The notes: generated from the letters alone by a model not told the origin. Shown: positions 24,447-37,911, counted from the whole stretch's first letter. The stretch is DNA of 62,991 nucleotides, filler included, from Pirum gemmata (GCA_002812295.1; 25 parts of 25 records of this genome joined end to end with filler, not necessarily neighbours in it); one strand, 5' to 3'. Translations and numbers: made by a program.

Positions 24447-24830
24447 CACAGCTTCAAATATCCCTACCTACCTACCCCTCAACGTTAATTTCTGGTCAAA
24501 TACTACCTACCTACCTACCCCTTGACGTGACGTATTATTCTAGCTATCATAGTTTTTCTTTCTTCTAGCTGCTCATTTATAAATGGCAGATGTCGCTATT
24601 TTTATGCGGCTATGATAAAAATAGACTAATAATAATAAAAAAATTAGATCATATAATACGTTTTGATAAAACTATCTTGTGGGATACTCCTTCTTGTATC
24701 ATTATGTATTAGGCAATTCAAATACTATGTAACGTCAAATACAGCTTCAAATACCCCTACCTACCTACCCCTCGACGTTAATTTCCGGTCAAATACCACC
24801 TACCTACCTACCCCTTGACGTGACGTATTA
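24447..24830 (+). repeat. Dispersed repeat family D (CCTA-rich, ~90 bp), two copies here (24447-24538, 24740-24830)
   Basis: ACAGCTTCAAATA..CCTACCTACCTACCCCTC.ACGTTAATTTC.GGTCAAATAC.ACCTACCTACCTACCCCTTGACGTGACGTATTA. Reverse-strand relatives occur at ~5800-5880 and ~7831-7895. Confidence 0.85.
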
Positions 24831-24855
24831 TTTGAACACTCCCTTATAAATGATA

Positions 24856-25038
24856 GCGCTTTTCATTTATTTTGTCACTCCGAATATTTATTTGGTAGGT
24901 TGTAATATTTAAATTGACATTTTTAAATGAATAAATGTATAATAAAATATACCAAATTAAATGGAATGGATTTACATTGTATTAATTTGGTACTCTTTAT
25001 TGTATATTAAAATTTATTACAAAACAACTGAAAAGCAC
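24856..25038 (+). mobile_element. MITE family A, full copy
   Basis: TA-GCGCTTTTCA ... TGAAAAGCAC-GATA; colinear with 11342-11508. Confidence 0.85.
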
Positions 25039-26135
25039 GATACCAGTAGTGCCAGCCACCACTGCTGAGTAAAACTGCAGAAATCATAATTTTTTCTGAT
25101 AATTTTTTCTTTAGACTTCTTTGGCAGTTTGGGATCCTTCTATCAAACTTTTTCAGGTATGGGTGCGTTCAGAATTCAAATACTGGTGCGCAAGTGTTCG
25201 AAGAAAGTTGAAACGCAAAAGACTCGCAAAAGTCATTTATTTATTATATTAAATTTTATTAAAAAAATTGTTTGTACAACACTCCTCCATATAACTAGAT
25301 ATTATGATATAAAAGTACCCAGTAATATCGACTTTTAATATTTATAAGACATTAAATTTTTTACATATACGTATACAAATAGCAGTCTCAAATAACTAAA
25401 TATTAATTAATTAAACTAAGTAGCCAGTAGTAGTAGTAGTAGTCTATTACATATTCATCTATAGCTATTATTGTGCTTTTCATTTATATTGTCACTCAGA
25501 ATATTTATTTGGCTGGTTATAATATTTAAATTGTCATTTTTAAATGAATAAATAGATAATAAAGTATACCAAATTAAATGCTTTTCAGAAACACATTTCA
25601 AATAAAGAACATGGCTATGATTATGATAGTAGAACAGAAAAAGTAGTTTTAATTAAGTAATAATCAAGTAGTAGTCAAATAGTAGCCAAGTAGTGCATAA
25701 CATGACACTACATGACTATATAACTGTGCTTTTCAGTTATTTTGTCGTTATAAAATATACAATAAATAGTACCAAATTAANNNNNNNNNNNNNNNNNNNN
25801 NNNNNNNNNNNNNNNNNNNNNNNNTTAATTAATTAANNNNNNNNNNNNNNNNNNNNNNNNNNNNNNNNNNNNNNNNNNNNTTTTTTAGTTTTTACAAGGT
25901 AATTTACATTCTTTGTGATACTTAGCTGCATACTTTTGAATAGCATAATTACTACTTTTGGAAATTAATCCGCTTTTGATATAGTATTTCGTATTATTTT
26001 TTAAACCCGTGTTTCTTAACCACTTGCTCCCAACAAGAATCGCCTTCAACTGCATTTTTACAAGTATTGTTTTTTTTTATCTGATGTCGGGGTAACTTTC
26101 TTGTGATTGCTGTATTATCAACTCAATGGGTACTT

Positions 26136-28120
26136 TTAGTGTGTTTCGTTGTGTCTTTCAATTTTATCCCATTCGTTTTCTAAATCCAAAACTTGGATAG
26201 AATCAGTAAATTTCGAAACATACATGTGGTAAAAGATATCTTTCGGTGCCCATTGAAAAGACAGATCATTTAAAGATTGTTTCGCACATATTTTTGAATC
26301 AAAGATTTGTTTGGGATTTTCCAAAAATTGCAAAAAAATATTACCAAAACACGTTTCATGTGGTTTTCTTGAATTCCCCATACCAATGCCATGAGTAGAA
26401 TATGGAAATTCAACAAAACTTTTAAAAGGTGAAGTAATACCCTCAAACGCCTTGTTAGCCCATTCCATAGGGGTAATTTCATCCATATAACCATTTACTA
26501 TCAAAATTGGAGTGGAAGTGTTTGGAAATTGACGCCAGTACGGACTTCTTGTATAAGTGGGGTATAGTTTATCAGCAATACCATCTTCGTTAAATGCACA
26601 GTTAAAAATTTCATCTTCTGATTTTTCAGCTTGAATTATCTGGTCTTCTAAATTCATTTCCATCTCATGCGGTGAAATATTACTTAATTTTTGGAGTGTT
26701 CCGTTTTCTTGTTGATGTAAATCAGCTAGTTCAATAACTTCATTCAATATCCCCCATTCAAATTCGAATTGCGGTATAGTTTTTCTTAATTCGGCGTTGA
26801 GGATTTGTCTTCCCTCTATTGTGCTAGTTCGACTTTCCGTTTGGTTAACATATTCACTGAAAGAAACTAAAATGTACATACCTAAAAAATTCGCGTCTTC
26901 CTGTCTTTTGACAGTTTCGATTTTGGTTAGATTGCTTTCAATATCTCTGATTCTCTTATCTAATTGGTCACTGTTGATACAAGAATTTAATTTGGAATCC
27001 CATTTACAATCACCTCCACAACCAGCTTTACCCAGATTCTCACCTGAACTAAAAGGACATTGCGCACACATAGTTGTTTCTACTTTCCCATTAGAGTGGC
27101 ACTTTACACCAGAAACAACATTAGCAACCACATTTTCCAGATGTAAATTGTTTTCCGGTATTGCCACACCAACCGCCGCTATTGGCTTGGGTTGGGCTTT
27201 TTTTCTGCTAGTTTTTAATTGATCACGCACCTTTTTGTTCAATGCAGGTATTTTCAATAATTGTTCTTTGAACGTACTGGCTACTGGTTGACATTGCTTA
27301 TTGTTATGCATTAGTGCTACTATGGATACAATTTGGTGAGTGGTACTCCAATCGATTCCATGCCGTTGCTTACCCAAATCGATGGCACCTTTTTCCGTGG
27401 CCTCGGTAAGCAATAATCGAATCACAGAGAATATACGTTCTTGATATGTAGGTTTATGAGCAGGTCCTTTTCTTAATAAAATGTTGATGGCAGCATCAGG
27501 AATAGCCTTTTGACTTACTTCGCTGAAAATTTCAGAGCAATCGTTCTTGGGTATGTTTTTGGCCATAGACAAAAATTCTTTATAGTCTTTAACTAAAGGG
27601 TGCATTTGGGCAAAACGTTTAAAAACTTGAAGCCAGCCGTATGCGGTAGATTGCATAGTATCGTGTTCATTTTTGGTGTCTGCGTTAACCACACCATTCA
27701 AAACCACACCCTCAAAAGCATCTGGGTGAATTGCTAATAGCCTTTGCATTAAATAGGTTCCGTAAGAAGCTGCATTGAATATAGAAGTTTTAGAACGTCT
27801 AGGAACGAACTTTTGTATGTAAGCAATATCAGTGGCACTGTTATCCATAGAAAAGCTTTGACGAACACCAGGTGAAGCTGCTGCTATGGGGGAAACACAA
27901 TTTAAACCTCTACTTCTTCCAGTGCCTCGTTCATCGTAAAAGTAGAAATTGGTGTTTGGCAATTTTCTATAGTCAAATGCCCATGCAGTGTTGTATAAAG
28001 TTTCGATCGGAGCAATTTTAGATTGCGCAAACCCTGGCCCTCCTGGAGCAAACCAAACGTCGTTGGTTGCATTAGGAACTATAAATCTCTGTACATTAAC
28101 TGGAAAGGTGTGGTTATAAC
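26136..28120 (-). CDS. Alpha/beta-hydrolase, S33/TAP-like peptidase (large 3' exon)
   Basis: GGPG oxyanion motif, DERGTGRS, nucleophile AASYGT, acid GYMDEITP, His in STHG, and an internal Cys-rich insert. Acceptor attag at 28121. Confidence 0.85.
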
Positions 28121-30186
28121 CTAATATAATATAATATAATATAATATNNNNNNNNNNNNNNNNNNNNNNNNNNNNTATAATATAATGATAATAATAATAA
28201 TAAAAGTAGACCTTCACAATTCATTAAAAAATCCATAAGAACTATCACGGCAGAAACAGCACTGGGGGTCAACGGCTCCTCTTTCAGCTTTATGATAAAA
28301 GCTTTGACAAGCTCTATAAACAAGCGAGTATTAATAAAAAAAACAAATGATAATATTAGACAAAATAAACAAAATTATTTGAGAAAAATACCCATTAAAA
28401 GAAAGAGAGTCCAGGTCTATAAACTATTAGAATGAATACTAATAAAAAGAAAAATGGGAAAATATTAAACAAAATAAACTTGTGCAGTTAATAATATAGA
28501 ATATTTGTGAAAAATTCTAATTAAAAGAAATGAGATTAATATCAAAATACATAATAAAGTTGATTCAAGTTAAAGAAAATGTAGTGAAGAAATGAGAAAA
28601 AGCGGTGCTAATAAACCAGTAACCTGTTTCTTCACATGTTTTTAATGGTGATTGCATTTCTTCTCTTAGCATTTTCAGTTCCTTTTAATGTAAATAATTT
28701 TGAAAATTTTATATTTTCATGTTGATTCAAAAGCTTAGTAGTTATATATTGTGCAAGTAGTATCTCAAATACTATAGACCCCGTCTATTATAAATCAACT
28801 ATCGATATCAAGCACTACCTCCTATATTGTCACTATAATCTATAGGCTATATCAAAAAAGATAGACCTACATTTATATAAAAATAATAACATTGCGTAGA
28901 CTACTTGTTTTTTTCGTATAATACTATCGATATTTATTTATCATAAGTTTTCGCACGTCATTTTTCCAGGTCGTTCCTCAGTCGTCTGATGTATAGTGGG
29001 ACGGTATCTATAGCGGGTCCCGTAGCGACCTTTCTTTCAGTTTTTGACATGTGGTGGCACTCTAGCTAGCTAGCTAGCTCAGCTAGCTAGCTAGAGTCAC
29101 TCTAGCTAGCTAGCTAGCTAGAGTCACTCTATTGATAGCTAGCTAGCTAGCTAGCTAGCTAGCTAGTTCGTCTACAAATCTACGATGCTACGATGCTATG
29201 ACGTAACGATTGAAAAGCTTGAAAAAACGGCAAATGATGACGCTTGGTTCAACACATATCAATATCATTCAATTAAACTTCAATTAGTTGTTACGTCAAT
29301 AAAAAATGGCGAAAATTTATTATCATATTGATATAACTATTGATATACTACTGATATACTATTGATATGGTGGAAATTTGGAAGTTGAAAATAGAATTTT
29401 TGGAATTCCAAATGAAAACACCCCGAAACTCCTGCAAACTCCTGTAGCTGGGAGCCTGGGAGCCTGGGACTCCCTCACCCCACCAGGCCAGGTCAAAAAA
29501 AAAAAAAAAAAAAAAAAAAAAAACGAGGTCATTTGACTGTCATTTGTGTGTGTAAACATATCACTCGATACATAGTGAATATTAATACATTTTAGTAATA
29601 AGTTAATGATTTGATTGTCGTTCGGTTTTAACTTGTTGTACTTTTCATAATAATACCATAATATATAGTCTATTATTAACAATCGTATTGTTCTTTTGTT
29701 GTAGAAATATTGGTTTTTAACTTTTGTTCCTAATAGTATGGCGTTATAGTCGTTAACGTTGTTATGGATGTTGTTGGACACTTAATGATTTTTTGATGTA
29801 GGAAAGCCGTCTAGTCTAGTTTTGAAAGCTTGCCTGTGTTAAAAAATTTTTAGTTTAACTTCTGATAGAAATGGACAGTATTGGCATTGAAAAGGTTATT
29901 TCTTCGACGTCCACTGTCTAATTGTTTTATAATTTGGTAGTTTTTTTGTATTGATTCTCCTGTTTTTGATTATTTTTTTCCATTTGTTTTGTTTTGTGTT
30001 CCAAAGTTTGTTTAGTTTGTTGTTGTTGTTGTTTTGATGCTAATTTTAGGGTTTGTTTTGTGTTTTTAACCTTAAAACCCATCAATATGTTTTTTTAATT
30101 AAGGTACAGAAATAGCTATCGGTAGTGACAATCTATGGGCGAATAGACAGAATAGTATGAAAACTGTTGAAAATTAATCTTGGGAA

Positions 30187-30217
<31 letters not shown>

Positions 30218-32782
30218 ATAAATATTATTATTATGATCATGATAATATTATTATTATGATAATAATNNNNNNNNNNNNNNNNNNNNNNNNNNNNNNNNNN
30301 NNNNNNNNNNTTAATTAATTAANNNNNNNNNNNNNNNNNNNNNNNNNNNNNNNNNNNNNNNNNNNNATATATATAAATCATGACTGAAATAAAAAAAGGC
30401 ATAATAAAAGTCAAGATACCAGATGCCTTAAAAGTGTGACATAAATTATTTTCGGATTTTTAATCAAAAATAATGACTTAATTATGGCCTAAACTATAAT
30501 TGAAAAATAAAAACCACACTTTTAGTCACCATGATTTTATTCGTTTCCATTTAAATATAATCGGGTATGTTAAGACTGGAAATTCACTGCGAAGCTCACC
30601 GGCTCGGTTAGGCAACTTTTAAAACTGGATGAAGTTTGCAAGTGTTGTGAGTTTAGGTCAAACATTAGGCTCCTAATTGTTTCCTGTTCGAAAATTTCCC
30701 ACTACAATTAAGAGTACCAAATTAACACAATATCAATCCATTTAATTTAATTTGGTATATTTTATTATCTATTTTTTTATTTAAACATATCGTTTTAAAT
30801 GTTATATAACCCACATATTTAGAGTAACAAAAAAAAATGAAAAGGCAGATTATCGAATCTTTTTTAACATTTTTAATATTTTTGAACTTAGTAATTATGA
30901 GGGTTTTAGAATATATAAAATTTTATACCTATCAAGGTTTTTTTAATATTAAAAAGTGCAAAGACTACTAAAAAAAAATATTTCAAAAATAACACATAGA
31001 AAAGAAAAAAAAAAAGATAAAAAAACGGGTTTTTTTGTTTCCGTTTTTTTTTTTTTTTTTTTTCAGTTTTTTTTTTTTTGGGTGGTTTTTTTTTTGCTTA
31101 GGGGTACAAAAACACTAATAAATATCCCAGTCATCGCATGACTTTTTAGTTTCGGTCATGAGCCTTTTTTAACTTTTTTTTTTGGTATCAGATATAAAAC
31201 TTCAGTTTTACGTATGAGGCACAAAAACCAACTAGGTTTTTTTGCGCCACGTACATGGGTAATTATTTTTCGATTTTCACTGCAATATTCGAGTTTGTCA
31301 TTTGAAAAATAAAATGCAACTTTCGGAGAATCCTAAAGATGTTTAAATAAGGGATTTCATTCGTTTGCTTTTCGAGCGTGTTCGTTTTTTATGTATACGT
31401 ATTTCTGAACCAAGCTTTTATTACTTGCTATTTCTTCCTCTGTTACTTCTCTGTATTATAATTGTAATTATTATTATTATTGTTATTGTTATTGTTAGTG
31501 TTACTGTCATTGTTATTGTTATTGTCATTAGTAGTGTTAGTGATATTGTTATTGTTATTGTTATTGTTATTGTTATTGTTATTGCTTTTGTCATTGTTAT
31601 TGTTATTGTTATTGTTATTTTTATTGTTATTGTTATTGTTATTGTTATTGTTATTGTTATTGTTATTGTCCACCACCATCCCCATCTATACCGTCATCTT
31701 CACTGTCTCCACCACCATCCCCACAACGACCATCCCCATCCTCACACCCGCCCTTACGACCATTTCCACCATCTCACCACCACCATCACCGACATAAAAA
31801 CCATATCTTTATCATTGTTATTGTTATTGTTATTGTTATTGTTATTGTTATTGTCATTGTTATTGTTATTGTCATTGTCATTGTTATTGTTATTGTTATT
31901 GTTATTGTTATTGTTNNNNNNNNNNNNNNNNNNNNNNNNNNNNNNNNNNNNNNNNNNNNNNNNNNNNNNNNNNNNNNNNNNNNNNNNNNNNTATTGTTAT
32001 TGTTATTGTTATTGTTATTGTTATTGTTATTGTTATTATTGTTATTGTTATTGTTATTGTTATTGTTATTGTTATTGTTATTGTTTGTTATTGTTATTGT
32101 TGTTGTTGTTGCTGTTGTTATTGTTATTGTATTGTTATTGTTATTGTTACTGTTATTGTTATTTTTATTGTTATTGTTATTGTTAATGTTATAATTATTT
32201 TTATTGTTATTTTTATTGTTATTATTATTGTTATTATTATTATTATTATTATTATTGTTATTGTTATTGTTATTGTTATTGTTATTGTTATTGTTATTGT
32301 TATTGTTATTGTTATTGTTGTTGTTATTGTTATTGTTATTATTAGTATTATTGTTATTGTTATTGTTGTTATTGTTATTGTTATTGTTATTGTTATTGTT
32401 ATTGTTATTGTTATTGTTATTATTGGTATTGTTATTATTATTATTGTTGTTGTTGTTATGTTATTATTTTTATTATTATTATTATTGTTATTGTTGTTGT
32501 TGTTGTTGTTGTTGTTGNNNNNNNNNNNNNNNNNNNNNNNNNNNNNNNNNNNNNNNNNNNNTTAATTAATTAANNNNNNNNNNNNNNNNNNNNNNNNNNN
32601 NNNNNNNNNNNNNNNNNTTGTTGTTGTTGTTGTTGTTGTAATAAGACTTTAAATTATATTGAAGATGACAGCAAAAGACAAGAATTCTCTTAAAATAATA
32701 ATATTAATAAGAGATCATTCATTTACTCTCTTTTTTCGTTCTCTAATATAAAACAAAATCCATTTTTAATATGATAAACACC

Positions 32783-33497
32783 TCTAACCCTAACCATATC
32801 CCTATCTCAAAATTACCTTTTGTAAGCTTTTACCAGTGTCCTTCTTTGTTTCATACTAACCCTAACCCTAACCCCTAACCCCTGACCCTAACCTAAAATT
32901 ACTTTTGTAAGCTTTTATCATTGTCTTTCTTTGTTTTATACTAACCCTAATTATAACCCTAACCCTAACCCTAACCCCAATTATAACCCTAACCCTAACC
33001 CCAATTATAACCCTAACCCTAACCCTAACCCCAATTATAACCCTAACCCTAACCCTAACCCAAAACTACCTTTTGTAAGCTTTTATCATTGCCCTTCTTT
33101 GTTTCATACTAACCCTAACCCCTAACCCTAACCCTAATTCTAACCCAAAATTACCATTTGTAAGCTTTTATCATTGCCCTTCTTTTTTTCATACTAACAT
33201 TATAACCCTAACCCTAACCCAAAATTACCTTTTATAAGCTTTTATAATTGTCCTTCTTTATTTCATACTAATCCTAACCCTAACCCTATAACCCTAACCC
33301 CTAACCCCTAACCCCTAACCCTAACCGTGACCCTAACCCTAACCCGAATCCTAATCCTAATCCTAACCCTAATCCAAAATTGACTTTGGAAAGCTTTTAC
33401 CATTGCCCTTCCTTATTTCATACTAACCCTAACCCTAACCCTAGCCTAACCCTAACCTTAACCCTAACTCTAACTCTAACTCCAAACCCAAAATTAC
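32783..33497 (-). repeat. Six ~50-bp copies of the preceding exon's 3' end plus 5' splice site, interleaved with telomere-type repeats
   Basis: Copies at 32817-32855, 32903-32940, 33070-33108, 33155-33193, 33229-33267 and 33384-33422 match exon end 33498-33536 plus gtaatttt. The spacers are CCCTAA-type tracts on the + strand. Confidence 0.9.
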
Positions 33498-33803
33498 CTT
33501 TTGTAAACTTATATCCTTGTTCTTCTTTGTTTCATTTTCCCATTTATAACCCATCTGACTCAAACTTAAATAATATTCTTCACAAGGTGTGTAATAATCT
33601 TCAAGCGGAAAATTCACTTCTTTTTCTGAATTACCTTCAATTTTTCCAACCATGCTTGTCATAAATCCACCATTTTTCATTTTACCTTTTACATTTACAG
33701 CATGGCAATTCAGCTCATCTGGAGTTTTATTTACTACCATAATGGGGTTTAATATTGGACATTCAGTATCAAGAATTATATGGTATACACCACCTTCAAC
33801 AAC
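33498..33803 (-). CDS. Internal 306-nt exon of an unidentified protein
   Basis: tacag|GTT...CAAAAG|gtaatt, phase 0 at both ends, 102 open codons (VVEGGVYHIILD...KDISLQK), and higher complexity than its flanks. Confidence 0.65.
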
Positions 33804-34837
33804 CTGTATCGTTATTAATATTATTAATATTATTATTATTATTATTATTATTTGTAATTTTATAATTTTTCAATACTTGAAAATGAAATTAGTCAAGAAA
33901 AATTCCGCCCCAAAATACTCGCAATAACATTAATATAAATTACTTTTCGGAAAACAAAGTTTAGAAGTTATAATGTTTTTGGATAAAAAAAGTTTAATTT
34001 AAAAAATCAATAGAAATGACTAAACTCCTATCAATACTGTGTTTAGAAAAAGAAATTCACAAAAAATAAATAACGAAATGTTAATTCAATTATGTATTAT
34101 AATGATTGAATAGTAATTAAAGAATGCCGCGCGTTTATTATATTTTTCTTACTATAAGTAGAGAAAAAAAAGAAATATAACCAAAACACTTTTAGAAAAC
34201 ACAAAAAAATTAATTAGTGTCTATATCTTCAGAATTAATAAATCTAATATAGATAAAACACTTAATGAAAACGTTAAAAATACAAATTTAGATTAATTAA
34301 AATTAGGTATTAAAAAAGAATTTGATATTATTGAATAATTAATGAAACCTGAATATAGAAAAAACGGTATTTTAGTTTTTCACATAAATCGATTTCATAT
34401 CATATATATATATAATTTTTACAATGAACCAATTAAGGAAAATTTAATGATAAGCAATCATATTTGCAAATAATGTATGAAATTATAATTGAAACCAAAA
34501 GGAAAAAATAACAAAAGAAACAAATACCAAAAGAAACAAATACCAAAAGAAACAAATACCAAAAGAAAAAAATGGAAAGAAAGAAAGAAAAAAAGAAAAT
34601 ATCTATTTATTTATTTATTCATTTATTTATTATAATTAATTTATTAATTGATTTAAGAATACAGTTTATTATATTTTTCTTACTTTTATATACCGGTATA
34701 CAATCTAATTCTTACAATGAACCAATTAAGGAAATGATAAGCAATCATATTTTGCAAATAATGTATGAAATTATAATTGAAACCAAAAGAAAGAAATCCC
34801 AAAAGAAAGAAATCCTAAAAGAAAGAAAGAAAATGTT

Positions 34838-34908
<71 letters not shown>

Positions 34909-36120
34909 TTTNATTACTATTACTATTATTATTGCTATTACTATTACTATTACTATTACTATTACTATTACTATTACTATTACTATATACTTATATATTC
35001 TCATGATTGTTCTAAGAGAGTAGCTTCCTTTATACATCACATTATATTGAAACTCGCTCATGTACAAATTTTTATAAAACATTTTTAATAATAATAATAC
35101 CATTTAAAGTAATAATAATAATAATAAGAACAATAGCAATTATAATATAATTAATAACACAGGATCGAAGAATGTAAGAACTATTGCCATTACTCTTAAT
35201 ATCATTGCATACATATGTATACTCATAATTGTTCTAAGAAAGCTTTTTCAAAGTTGTCAGTATATATATAATAAATAACTTCTTTTATACATCACATTTT
35301 GAAACGCGCTCATGTACAAATTTGTATGATAATTTTATAATAATATTATCACCAATAATAAAAATAATAGTAACAATAAGAACAATATCAATTATAATAT
35401 AATTAATAACATTGAATCGAAGAAGGCAGAGGAACTATACTATTACTATTAATATTACTATACACATATATATCCTAGTAATTGTTTTAAGAGAGCTTTT
35501 TCAAAATTAATAAATTATATATATATATATAGTAAATAACTTGTTTTATAATTAATGTTTAATATTATTATTACCAATAAGAGTAATAAGAATAGTAATA
35601 ATAATAATAATAATAATAGCAATTATAATATAATTAATCAAATTGAATTGAAGAATACAGGAACTATTACTATTACTATAACTATTACAATTACTATAAC
35701 TATNNNNNNNNNNNNNNNNNNNNNNNNNNNNNNNNNNNNNNNNNNNNTTAATTAATTAANNNNNNNNNNNNNNNNNNNNNNNNNNNNNNNNNNNNNNNNN
35801 NNNGGCACTAACTTTTTTTTTATGATTTTTCGATAAATCATAATCATAATCATAAGCATAAGCATAATGCTAACACTAACCTTAACCTTAATCATAGTCA
35901 TAATCATAATCATAGTCATAACCCTAACGCTAACCTTCATTTATAAACTTAGACTTAACCCTAAACCACAACCCTAACAATAATATAACCTCAACACTCC
36001 TTAAAACCCTAATCTTAACCCTAGCTAGCTAGACTAACCTGAAGATGGTGGTATGCTCGAACTGCTCAACTGTTATTGTATGCACACTGCGTAGTACACA
36101 TGTTATTGTTAATTTATATC

Positions 36121-36287
36121 GTGCTTTTTTGTCATCATAAAATAAAATGGTACCAAATTAATACAATAAAAATCTATTTCTTTTAATTTGGTATATTTTA
36201 TTATCTATTTATTCATTTAAAAATGTCAATTCAAATATTATAACCAACCAAATAAATATTCAGAGTGACAAAATAAATGAAAAGCAC
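36121..36287 (-). mobile_element. MITE family A copy
   Basis: TATC-GTGCTTTT ... TGAAAAGCAC-TATA, reverse orientation. Confidence 0.8.
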
Positions 36288-36920
36288 TATATAATGTTAT
36301 TGATATTGGGGGAAGACGACTGCTAACGTTGTTGTCGCTGTCGCTGTATTTAAAATACACATTGTTATTATTGTTATTGTTATTTGTTGTTGTTGGTGGC
36401 CTGAAGGTGGTGGTGTTGTTGTTGTAATCGACAGGATTTACTTTGTTAGCTGGTGATGCAATAATAATTCTATTGATGTGGGGCGAAGACGACTGCTAAC
36501 GTTGTTATCGTTGTTGTTGTACATGTTGTTGTTATGATATTACTATTGTTATTGTTGTTGTTGTTGTTGGTTATCTAAGTTGTTGTTGTAACTTGTAATC
36601 GACAGGATTAACTTTAGTTAGACTACTACTACTAGCTAGCTAGCTCTAGCTAGTAGCCAGCACCATGGTCACCACTGATGGTCACCAGTGCTTTCCAACA
36701 ATATGGTCATAATAAAAAAAAGGATTGTATTATATATTAATAATTTGTTTCTAAATAATAAGCACACAGTAAACTAGCTAAGCTAGCTAGTTTAATCAGA
36801 GTCTTATGAGTCATGACTGTCTTATCACAGTCTTATCACTCTTATGACTCTTATGAGTCTTATTCAGACCTCAACAATAGCCCAAAAAAAATGCTTTTGT
36901 TCATTTTAGGTGACCTTGTT

Positions 36921-36951
<31 letters not shown>

Positions 36952-36963
36952 GTTTTCTTTTTT

Positions 36964-36995
<32 letters not shown>

Positions 36996-37527
36996 CTAGT
37001 CTACCAAGACGGATAAAAATGGCAGCATCCACCATATGAGCTCAAATTAGAGCTCAAAAAAGCAAAAATCTCAAAATGAACCAATTTTAAGAAAAGTACT
37101 TCCAAATTTTGAAAATTTATTTAATATCTAAAAAGTCTATTATGAACCAATAACCAGTTTTTAATAATTATTTGGCTAGTTATAATCAAAGATTTTTAGA
37201 AAAGAACTTTTTTTTTTTTTTAAAAAAGAAGTCTAAAAAAAAATGATTTCTACAGTTATAATGTTAAAAATATTTATTTAGACCTTAGTCTATGTGTTTT
37301 TCAATATTATATCAGTGTTGTCCAGTTCAAAACTATAAACGTACCAAATTATTATTATGGTTAAACTATCAGACATGTTTTTAATTAATTTGGTATTTTA
37401 TACTTAATGTTGTATTTTAAAAACAAGTTCAATTATACACTTAAACAGTACCAAATTAAAGATTAAGAGGACAACTGTAACGATAAAATAAATTAATTTA
37501 TTTATACCTTGTTGTAAGTCTAGTAGG

Positions 37528-37911
37528 TATCCATAAAAGACGTCACCTTATATGAGTACCTATAGTAGGGGTGAGATGACGTCATTTTATTATTACCGAA
37601 CAGCTGCCGGAACTTTTCCGATTTTATGGTTTTTATTACTATTNCTTTAATTGGTATCTACTATAATTAGATTTACTATTTAAGCTATTTAACTGCTATT
37701 ATTAGTAAGGAAAACGGAACTAAGGTTGGCTCGATAAGCATATGTTCGAAAAAAGTTCCAGTAGATATCTCACCCCTACTGTACCTATGTCTCTTTGTCC
37801 GAAACACTTTTGGTCATAATTTCAAAGTTCATTTTAATAATTAATTACTGCCTAAAACACTTTCGAGCAATGACTTCTATCAAAGAATAAGTGACGTCCT
37901 TTTTATGAATG
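37528..37911 (-). mobile_element. MITE family B copy interrupted by a nested family C element
   Basis: Ends TATCCATAAAAGACGTCAC ... GTGACGTCCTTTTTATGAATG. The body matches 7631-7780, 11597-11647 and 46675-46851. Confidence 0.8.
37563..37781. mobile_element. MITE family C (Tc1/mariner-like), TA-flanked, nested in family B
   Basis: TA|TAGTAGGGGTGAGAT ... ATCTCACCCCTACTG|TA, giving a 14-15-bp TIR and TA on both sides. A partial reverse copy lies at 7102-7210. Confidence 0.8.

Noticed and set aside
25995..26005. Euplotes-type +1 frameshifting at AAA-TAA
   Set aside because: It is a single case within a region that has other lesions. Other long ORFs need no recoding, and the telomere repeat is TTAGGG rather than the euplotid type.
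28212..28314. Upstream exon of the alpha/beta hydrolase
   Set aside because: The phase is compatible, but it lies across an N gap, has a weak donor (gtctac) and shows no family motif; left unassigned.
31365..32569. Poly-Leu/Ile/Val/Cys ORFs here and at 19383-20883, 43596-43997, 48842-49448 and 2025-2331
   Set aside because: These are translations of (TTG/TTA/ATT)n, (AATACT)n and (TTAGGG)n microsatellites with no protein-like complexity.
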